64,000 nucleotides of DNA from Rhodobacterales bacterium (GTDB lineage: Bacteria; Pseudomonadota; Alphaproteobacteria; Rhodobacterales; CAZPXZ01). Location of the stretch: assembly GCA_965221505.1 (NCBI GenBank), contig CBDCSI010000001.1, positions 2,197,835-2,261,834 on the forward strand, written 5' to 3'. Shown here piece after piece: positions 57,533-64,000 of this stretch. Under the pieces are notes generated by a model. It was given only the letters and a program-made list of their open reading frames with translations. It had not been told where the DNA came from and did not search any database. Every line of letters begins with the position of its first letter. The first letter of the stretch is position 1. Position numbers and translations under genes: made by a program.

Positions 57533-58303
57533 GATTCGGACTCCTCGCTGACTTGGAGAGTCGAATTTCGTCCGCCGGTATCGGCCGTCTCGCACGCCAT
57601 GCCAAACCTCCTTCGAGCGCCGATACTCTCCGCGGTCAGCCTCTGCCGTCCTCTTCGGAACAAGCCGGTCGCCCCCTTGCCGGCAGTTTCGGACCGGATC
57701 CAGTCCCACTTGCGCCAAACCGACGCTGCAACGGGCCCAAGCCCGATCGGCGCCGCGATTGCGTTCCGGACCGCAGCGCTCAAGGCGTCGGCCGACTGGC
57801 TGCCGGCGGCGTTCGCCGCGCGGGCACACGGGCAAGGAAGCTCGAGCGGCGATCGCGACGATTCCATCCCGATTCCGCCTTTCCGCCCCGGACGTCCCTC
57901 CGTCCGGAGCCATATGCAACATTTGCCTGTTCGCGGCGCGTTCGTCGCAGACGCCGGGCCATTCCCCGAGTTCCGGCTTCCGCCTGCCTCGCCCGTTTCG
58001 AATCGGTCGCAATGCGCCTCGCCTCGGGGAAGCCATCGAACCTTCCGAGGCAAGCCGGCGCCGCGCAGGCGACCGCCGCCGACATCGTACCCGAACGCAG
58101 ATCCGCGCTTCCCCGCCGCAGGAGGGGGTTCGGAGCCAGGATTCCCGCGGGAGACGAAGGGATCGCAGTTCGAGCCGCTCCGACGAGCATCTCCTCTGTC
58201 CCGACACACGATCTCGTCCGACGATCAGACACGGCACACGGCTCGAACCGCACGGGCGAGCGTCCGATCAGGCGCTCGGCACTCCCGAGACTACGGAAGC
58301 GGA

Positions 58304-58696
58304 TCAGTGAACCGAAGACCGGCCGTTGCCGATCCAATGCCGATACAGTCGCAGGGCGCGCTCTTCGTCCAGGAGTTCCACGGCCCATTTGTCCAATTGC
58401 TCGGGCGCCGCCGCTCTGACCTGAGACACGACCGTGTTCGGGAGCCTCCCGAAGCGACCCTTCAGAAGTTCGAGTAACATCCCGACTCTTCCGCTTGTCT
58501 CACCCTTCGCAATGCCCTTGGCAATGCCCTTGCTGATGCCTTTGCTGATGCCCTTGCTGATACCCTGGGACATCCCGATGCGCCTGCTCTTCCGTTCGAT
58601 TCGCTGGCGATAGCTTTCCACGATACGGACTCCTCTCTCCGACTTGGCGCGTCGAACCCCGTCCAACAGCACCGCCCGCCTCCCAGGCAGGTCCAT
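58304..58696 (-). CDS. DUF4351-like C-terminal module of the Rpn-family protein, encoded as a separate ORF
   Basis: Track ORF of 130 aa: MDLPGRRAVLLDGVRRAKSERGVRIVESYRQRIERKSRRIGMSQ(GISK)3(GIAK)2GETSGRVGMLLELLKGRFGRLPNTVVSQVRAAAPEQLDKWAVELLDEERALRL. It is in the same frame as the upstream nuclease ORF, separated only by TAA-ACT. An internal GTG (comp. 58621) has GAGAGGAG upstream. Confidence 0.6.
   Translation of the reverse strand: MDLPGRRAVLLDGVRRAKSERGVRIVESYRQRIERKSRRIGMSQGISKGISKGISKGIAKGIAKGETSGRVGMLLELLKGRFGRLPNTVVSQVRAAAPEQLDKWAVELLDEERALRLYRHWIGNGRSSVH
58511..58570. repeat. 5 x 12-bp tandem repeat encoding (GISK)3(GIAK)2
   Basis: Units read directly: aatgcccttggc / aatgcccttgct / gatgcctttgct / gatgcccttgct / gataccctggga. 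Confidence 0.85.
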
Positions 58697-58699
58697 AGT

Positions 58700-59422
58700 T
58701 TACAGGAGTGCGCGCCGTTCCAGCTCGCTCTCGTACGGGAACGGCGCCAGCGCTCGTGCGACTTCGGCGGCCGTCACGCGTCTGTCCCGACATGCGTAGA
58801 TCATCAGCAGCAGACCGGCCCGAAGTACGGGATCCGCCGCCAGCGCCCGTTCCTTCATGCGGGGAAGATCGCTGAGCAAATACCGGTGCGCGTCCTGCGA
58901 CTTGCCGACCGCGCCGGCGGTCGGAATCAGTTCAGACAGGCTCAGTCCGGCGTTCCAGGGGCGATGGCCATGATACGCCACCAGCGAGAGTACGAGCGGG
59001 ACCTTCCGCGAATTGCGGCCCGCAACCCGAAGTCGAAGCAACGACTGGTAATTCTGGGTACGGACCGCCATCGTCTTGTCGATCGTGGACCGGTGTTCCA
59101 GATGCAACAGCAGCTCCGAACGGCCGTGCCGCACCTTGATTCCCAGCCGATAGACATGGTCGGACACGCGTTGGCCCAACCTCGGCGTCGCGAACCCTTC
59201 CGCCAGGGCCTCCGGGAGCGTGTCGTCCAACTCCTCGACGATCTCGGACGGCAGGTGATGGCGAACGAAGTCGTCTGCGCGTTTCGGATCCTCCAGGAGC
59301 GCCGCGAACCAGGACTCGTGCCGCTTGGGAGCGCGCCTGCGCCTGCGGCGCTGTCGCCGGTCGGGTCGGTCCCGCAGCAGGTCTCTTCGGTCCCGCCCGC
59401 CCGCTCGCGCCCTCCCTCCCAT
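58700..59422 (-). CDS. Rpn-family (YhgA-like, PD-(D/E)xK) recombination-promoting nuclease/putative transposase, nuclease part only (ends at an in-frame TAA)
   Basis: Track ORF 58700..59542. I place the start at MGGRARAGG (comp. 59422), with AAGGGAGGG 7 nt upstream. Family-like blocks: HESWFAALLEDPKRADDFVRHHLP and SDHVYRLGIKVRHGRSELLLHLEHRSTIDKTMAVRTQNY. Confidence 0.7.
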   Translation of the reverse strand: MGGRARAGGRDRRDLLRDRPDRRQRRRRRRAPKRHESWFAALLEDPKRADDFVRHHLPSEIVEELDDTLPEALAEGFATPRLGQRVSDHVYRLGIKVRHGRSELLLHLEHRSTIDKTMAVRTQNYQSLLRLRVAGRNSRKVPLVLSLVAYHGHRPWNAGLSLSELIPTAGAVGKSQDAHRYLLSDLPRMKERALAADPVLRAGLLLMIYACRDRRVTAAEVARALAPFPYESELERRALL

Positions 59423-59580
59423 CGCACACCCTCCCTTCGACGATTCGTTTCCGGACCGCTCGATCGCCCAGTGGCCCGGCGCGCCGACCGGATCGAATGC
59501 CCGGCGCGCGCACTTTCTCGCCGAAACGCCATATCCTGTCAACAGGCAATGGCCACTTCCGCGGAAACTCGGCGCAAGAA

Positions 59581-59720
59581 GACTGTATTCATATCAATAT
59601 AATTTGTTATTTTACAAAAGATTACAAACGTATATTGATATTGTTTATCAGGATACACCGGAGATTCCGGCTTGCAAATTCGAGTCCGATTTTTTACACG
59701 AATCGGGATCTGTACTTGCA
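59581..59720. promoter_or_regulatory. AT-rich island (about 20% G+C over 59581-59650 by my count) upstream of the rpn-like gene; probably promoter/operator DNA
   Basis: It is the only strongly AT-rich stretch I saw in the window. It contains several -35/-10-like hexamers on the minus strand, and a perfect TTGACA lies at comp. 59537-59542 just downstream. Confidence 0.4.
59591..59641. repeat. Perfect 11-bp inverted repeat ATATCAATATA (59591-59601) / TATATTGATAT (59631-59641), 29-bp spacer
   Basis: Read directly and checked by reverse-complementing the right arm. Confidence 0.9.
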
Positions 59721-59967
59721 GGAAACGCCAGAGACGCGGTCGAGATCGGCACCCAAGAGGCGAATCGAGTCGGGCCCGCGCCGAATGCGTGACGAACCGC
59801 GCGAAAGGCGCCGAATCGCGTCGGACTGCGGGCGAGAAAAGACGTTCGTCGCCCGGCCGAATCGCGGACTCGGCGCTCGTTCCGTTCCGGGCGCTTCTCC
59901 CTGGCGAGCTCGGCATGGACGTCCGGGATCGCTACGTCCCATGCGCCGCGACCGGCTCCCGCGGCGG

Positions 59968-61938
59968 CTAGATCGACCTCCCCGCCTCGTGGCCCTCGAA
60001 GACCGCCTCGAGTGCGGTGCGGGCCGCCAGACAGTCGCCGACAGCGGTCCGGGTCGCCCCGTCAGCCGACGCGACGGCGAAGTGCCCGTTGCGCGGCACG
60101 CCCGGGACCGGCGCCACGACCGCGCTGGCGGCAAGTTCGGTCCGCGCGTCGGTTCGGGTCATGTCCGCAAGGACTGCCCGGCCGTCCGAGTGATCGACGA
60201 GCGCGTGATGGCCGACGATCCGCACGTTCTTCTCGCGAAGCCGGTGTCGAAGCGCGAAGGCGCTGTACATGCTGACGTTCCACCCGGGCGTTCCCGACGG
60301 CGCGACGAGAGTCACGGACTTGCCCAGATCGGCCAGGTGTTCGGCCACCGAAACCGCCGACCAGCCGCCGAGACCGTCCACCACGAGCACTTCGTCTCCC
60401 AGCGCTTCCGGGTCGGCCAGCGCAGCCTCAAGGGTCAATGCCGTGCCGCCCGAGCGAAGCCGCTGCCCAGCCGGATCGGCGCCGGTCGCCCAGACTGTCG
60501 CCTCGGCCTCGAACCGGTCGGCGGCAGACGCCTCCGCGTCCAGCCTCACGTCGACGCCGAAGGCCGAAAGGCGCGCTTCCTGACGCGCGAGCAGCCGGCC
60601 GAATTCCCTGCGCAACGGCATGCGCAGCGTCCAGGCCAGCGCCCCGCCCAGCCGTCCGGTGCGCTCGAGGAGGGTCACCGAGTGTCCGCGTTCGGCCGCC
60701 ACGGCGGCGGCCTCCATGCCTGCGGGCCCGCCGCCGATCACGAGCACGCGCTTCGCGCGGCCCCGGGCTACGCGCGACAAGCGCGGCCACGCGGCCTCCC
60801 TCCCTGCGCGCGGGTTCGTCAGACAGGTGATCGGAAGGTTGCGGGCCAGGAAATCCGCGCAGCCCTGGTTGCACCCGATGCAGGGGTTGGCGTCGCCGGC
60901 GCGGCCTTCGGCCGCCTTCCGCACGATTTCCGGGTCGGCGATATGCGCACGCGCCATGCCGACCATGTCGGCTCCGCCGGAGGCGATCATCGCCTCGGCC
61001 TCCGCGACCTGCAGATACCGGCATGCCGTCAACACGCGGGGCCGGGACGGGAGACCTACCAGTGCGCTTCGAATCGCGCGGGTCAGCGGCTCGAACTCTT
61101 CCCGATCGAACGCCATGTCGGCCATCTGCGTCGAGACGGTGTAGCTGCCGTGATAGGCCGAGTGAGAGACGTTGACGAAGTCGACTTGCGCACCCGCCGC
61201 CAGCCCGCGGACGATCGCGCACATGTCGGCCAGAGAGAGGCCGCCCGGCAGGAACTCGTCGGCGCTGATCCGGATTCCGAGCGTCCGGCCGGGGCCGAGG
61301 CGGGCGCGCACCGCGCAAAGGGTCTCGCGGGCGAAGCGCAGGCGTCGGTCCGGCGAGCCGCCGTAGGCGTCTTCGCGCCGGTTCGATGCGGGCGACAGGA
61401 ATTGCTGGATCAGGTGGCCGTGGCCCATCTGGAGTTCGATCCCGTCGAGCCCGGCCTCGATCAGGTTCTCCGCAACGTCGGCATGCGCCTCGACGACCGT
61501 CGCGATCTCGTCCTCGCTCATCGGATGCGGCGGCGGCGCGGTCGCGGACCAGGGGACGGCCGAGGCGGACCAGGCGGGCATCCGGGCGTAGTTGCCGTCG
61601 ATGTGCCGGCCGAGGTGAATGACCTGTCCGAACAGGCGCCCGCCCTCCTCGCGCACCGCATCGGCAATCCGGCGAAAGAGCGGAATCGCGGCCCTGTCGT
61701 ATCCGTTGACCCCTTGCGGGCGGCCGAGGCTGGAGCGGTGAACCCGGATGCCCTCGAAGACGATCAGCCCGGCGCCGCCCGCCGCCCGTTCCCGGTGATA
61801 GGCGAGATGGCGTTCGCCCGGCAGGTAGTTCTCGCCGTAGTTGGTGGTGTGGGCCGGGACGAAGATTCGGTTGCGGATTTCCGTCGCGCCGATGCGGATC
61901 GGGCTGAACGCATGCGGATAACGGGCCTCTCCGGGCAT
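59968..61938 (-). CDS. Old-yellow-enzyme-type NADH:flavin oxidoreductase with a [4Fe-4S] motif and a C-terminal FAD/NAD(P) domain (2,4-dienoyl-CoA reductase-like)
   Basis: Track ORF of 656 aa with ...IRNRIFVPAHTT..., ...GIELQMGHGHLIQQFLSP..N.R.D.YGG, CIGCNQGC and VLVIGGGPAGMEAA. Confidence 0.9.
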   Translation of the reverse strand: MPGEARYPHAFSPIRIGATEIRNRIFVPAHTTNYGENYLPGERHLAYHRERAAGGAGLIVFEGIRVHRSSLGRPQGVNGYDRAAIPLFRRIADAVREEGGRLFGQVIHLGRHIDGNYARMPAWSASAVPWSATAPPPHPMSEDEIATVVEAHADVAENLIEAGLDGIELQMGHGHLIQQFLSPASNRREDAYGGSPDRRLRFARETLCAVRARLGPGRTLGIRISADEFLPGGLSLADMCAIVRGLAAGAQVDFVNVSHSAYHGSYTVSTQMADMAFDREEFEPLTRAIRSALVGLPSRPRVLTACRYLQVAEAEAMIASGGADMVGMARAHIADPEIVRKAAEGRAGDANPCIGCNQGCADFLARNLPITCLTNPRAGREAAWPRLSRVARGRAKRVLVIGGGPAGMEAAAVAAERGHSVTLLERTGRLGGALAWTLRMPLRREFGRLLARQEARLSAFGVDVRLDAEASAADRFEAEATVWATGADPAGQRLRSGGTALTLEAALADPEALGDEVLVVDGLGGWSAVSVAEHLADLGKSVTLVAPSGTPGWNVSMYSAFALRHRLREKNVRIVGHHALVDHSDGRAVLADMTRTDARTELAASAVVAPVPGVPRNGHFAVASADGATRTAVGDCLAARTALEAVFEGHEAGRSI

Positions 61939-61939
61939 G

Positions 61940-62659
61940 TCAGTCCATCCTGATTCCGCCGTTGACCGCCAGTACCGAACCCGTGGTGAAGGCGGAGTCC
62001 CCGGACAGCAGGAAGCATACGGCGGCCGCGATCTCTTCCGGCTTCGCCATGCGCTTCAGCGGCGTCGATTCGGACAGCGCGGACCTGCGCTCGGGCGGGT
62101 GCTCCGCGAGCATGGGCGTCTCGACCGCTCCGGGCGCCACGCAGTTCACGGTTATCGAACGCGGCGCGAGTTCTTGCGCCATGGACTTGGTCAGCGCCTC
62201 GATCCCGCCCTTCGACGCGGCGTATGCGGTGCCGGTGATCACGCCACCCGTCCGGCCGGCGAGCGAGCCGAGAGTGACGATGCGCCCGCCGTCGACCAGC
62301 GACTCCCGCGCCGCAAGACAGCAAAGAAACGGACCGGTCAGGTTGACGGCGAGGATTTCCTCCCAGCGGTCGGGCGTAAGGTCGGCGAGCTTGCCGACGT
62401 CGACGACGCCGGAGGCGAGGACAAGGCCGTAAAGCCGGGGCGCAGCGTCCCGCACCGCCCGGAAGCCGCGAGACACCGCCGCCCGGTCGGTGACGTCGAA
62501 GGCGATCGCCGTACCGCCGGTCTCTTCCGCGACCTGCGCGAGCGCGCTCTCGTCCCTGTCCATGACGAACAGGGGCGCGTATCCGAGCGCAGCGGCGCGT
62601 CGCGCGACCGCAGCGCCGATGCCGCCGGCCGCGCCGGTGACGGCGAGCGCGCGGGTCAC
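61940..62659 (-). CDS. Short-chain dehydrogenase/reductase (FabG-like)
   Basis: Tail of track ORF 61940..63433. The GTG start (comp. 62659) overlaps the upstream TGA (GTGA). Motifs: VTGAAGGIG, YAASKGG and ...PGAVETPM. The stop lies 1 nt before the next ATG. Confidence 0.85.
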   Translation of the reverse strand: MTRALAVTGAAGGIGAAVARRAAALGYAPLFVMDRDESALAQVAEETGGTAIAFDVTDRAAVSRGFRAVRDAAPRLYGLVLASGVVDVGKLADLTPDRWEEILAVNLTGPFLCCLAARESLVDGGRIVTLGSLAGRTGGVITGTAYAASKGGIEALTKSMAQELAPRSITVNCVAPGAVETPMLAEHPPERRSALSESTPLKRMAKPEEIAAAVCFLLSGDSAFTTGSVLAVNGGIRMD

Positions 62660-64000
62660 GGCGTCGATTCCTTTCTCCGGTCGACGACCCTGCGCGCCTT
62701 CAGCGACGCGCCGGGATCGTAGATCTCCCCGGCCTCGACGATCTCGACCTCCGGTCGCACGCCCGTCGCGGCCCTGACCGCCTCGCGAAGCGCGCATACG
62801 GGTCCGGACCCGGCCCTCGGCGCGACTCGCAGGCGCATCACGTCCATCGAGAGCGGATCGCGAGGATTCTCGCGGTCGAGCACGATCTGGAATTCGTCCA
62901 CGCTCCCGTCCGACAGCATGATCTCCGCGACGCAGGCCGGATCGACCAGCATGCCGCGCACCTTCACGAGCCCGTCGACCCGTGCGGGAACGTCGAGGAA
63001 CCGGTCGGTCGCGGCCCCGCAACGGGGACAGGGCGCCCGGGTCAGCGCAGCCACGTCGCCCAGCGAATAGCGCAGAAGCACCGTGCCGCGCCGGTCGAGA
63101 TGGGTCAGAAGGACGAGACCGGCCTCTCCCTCGGGCAACGGGGCGAGAGTCTCCGGGTCCACCACCTCGAAGTGGAACTGGTCCGGCGCCGGATTGTGCA
63201 GGCCGGCGCCGGGGGCGCACTCGACCGAGCCGACCTGCATCTCCGTCGCCGCGTAGGACACGTTGACCTGCGGCGCGTCGGCGCCGAGCGCCTTCATTCG
63301 CCGGTCGAGATCGTTGCGCATCGCCTCCGTCACCGGCTCGCCGGTCACGAAAGCGAGGCGGACCGCAGAGTAGTCGGCGCCGAGCGCTTCGGCCCGCATC
63401 AGAACGCGACGGACGTAGCTGGCGACGCCCCACAGGATCGTCGCGCGGTGGGTCTCGACGACGCGGACGACGTCGTCGATGCCTGCCGACCAGTGAAAGT
63501 CCGGCGACGGCCTCCCCGGCATCGGGCTCACTACGGGGATCTTCATGGCGTTCGCCGCGGCGACGGTCCGCACGAAGGCGCCGTAGGGGTAAAGCGTCAT
63601 CGGAAAGAGATTGGCGACGAGATCCGTCTTTCGCACCCCCCGGATCTCCAGGGCCCGGCGGTTCGCCGTCAGAATGCGGAAATGGTCGTGCACCGTCGAG
63701 TAGAACGGCGTCGGGCTGCCGCCGCTGGTGCCGGTCGTGTGCATCACGTCGAAGCCGACGCGCGCTTCCTCCGGCAAGCCGTCGGTCTCCAGGCGAAACG
63801 CTTCCGGATCGGCTGCGTAGTCGGCCTTCGAGATCGGCGGAATCCGCGCGATGTCGGAAAGACGCGCGACGTCGTCCCGCCGCAGTCCCGCCTCGGCGAA
63901 GCGCCGGCGGTAGTAAGGGTGCCGGGCGAAGCAGAGATCCATCGTCTCGGCGAATTTCGCTTCCCGTACCGCGTCGACGGTCTCGCGCGGGCGAAACGGC
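62656..64000 (-). CDS. Phenylacetate-CoA ligase-like (PaaK/F390-synthetase family) adenylate-forming enzyme; the 5' end is probably beyond the window
   Basis: Track ORF 62656..63942 (428 aa), but the frame stays open to 64000 (…PFRPRETVDAVREAKFAETMDLCF…), and PaaK-like proteins usually have about 20-30 further N-terminal residues. It has the MHTTGTSGGSPTPF adenylation motif and a C-terminal ...VKVRG.... Confidence 0.8.
   Translation of the reverse strand, partial: PFRPRETVDAVREAKFAETMDLCFARHPYYRRRFAEAGLRRDDVARLSDIARIPPISKADYAADPEAFRLETDGLPEEARVGFDVMHTTGTSGGSPTPFYSTVHDHFRILTANRRALEIRGVRKTDLVANLFPMTLYPYGAFVRTVAAANAMKIPVVSPMPGRPSPDFHWSAGIDDVVRVVETHRATILWGVASYVRRVLMRAEALGADYSAVRLAFVTGEPVTEAMRNDLDRRMKALGADAPQVNVSYAATEMQVGSVECAPGAGLHNPAPDQFHFEVVDPETLAPLPEGEAGLVLLTHLDRRGTVLLRYSLGDVAALTRAPCPRCGAATDRFLDVPARVDGLVKVRGMLVDPACVAEIMLSDGSVDEFQIVLDRENPRDPLSMDVMRLRVAPRAGSGPVCALREAVRAATGVRPEVEIVEAGEIYDPGASLKARRVVDRRKESTP

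Larger units (their letters stand above)
57245..57600. repeat. Direct repeat copy A (diverged DUF4351-encoding unit), paired with 58298-58696
   Basis: I aligned the two stretches by eye. Shared blocks run from AGCGGATCAG(C/T)GAACCGAAGACCG... through ...CACGAT(T/A)CGGACTCCTC..GACTTGG. I estimate roughly 75-80% identity. Indels lie in the 12-bp repeat array, and there is a 7-nt length difference near the 5' (gene) end. Confidence 0.8.
58298..58696. repeat. Direct repeat copy B (see 57245-57600)
   Basis: Same by-eye alignment as copy A. Copy B carries five 12-bp units where copy A has three. Confidence 0.8.

Overview
This is a high-G+C, alphaproteobacterium-like chromosomal segment, densely packed with about 52 protein genes. 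I recognised no rRNA, tRNA or CRISPR array. Most of the window is ordinary metabolism and transport:
- two family-5 peptide/nickel-type ABC importers, the first ending in a CocE/NonD hydrolase gene
- a sulfur block (YHS-domain protein, CoA-binding protein, metY, sorAB-like sulfite dehydrogenase with a dihaem cytochrome c)
- bioY
- a form-II coxG-coxSLM molybdo-enzyme cluster, with its maturation genes (coxD/coxE, XdhC-like, MoeA-like::MocA fusion) about 5-14 kb away and asd-leuB-leuD, a phosphoesterase and mgtE in between
- an SPFH/small-membrane-protein pair
- leucine-catabolic genes (ivd, mccB ... enoyl-CoA hydratase, mccA) split by a block of about 6 kb that includes acoABC
- ccdA
- a CoA-ligase/SDR/old-yellow-enzyme operon.

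Many long ORFs in the track are alternate-frame or antisense shadows typical of high G+C, and I rejected them. The accessory-looking parts are:
1. At the left edge, an Mrr-like nuclease::SF2 helicase gene that is absent from the ORF track because it runs off the window. It carries a C10/G10 homopolymer inside the coding frame.
2. A lone SWIM::SNF2 helicase with a long leader.
3. At 57.2-59.7 kb, an Rpn-family (YhgA-like) nuclease gene split by one in-frame TAA at the nuclease/DUF4351 junction. It is accompanied by a diverged orphan DUF4351 copy with a different tetrapeptide-repeat array and by the only AT-rich island in the window.

The Rpn locus is my best candidate for an unusual toxin/antitoxin-like defence arrangement. 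All family calls come from reading the translations by eye; I ran no searches.
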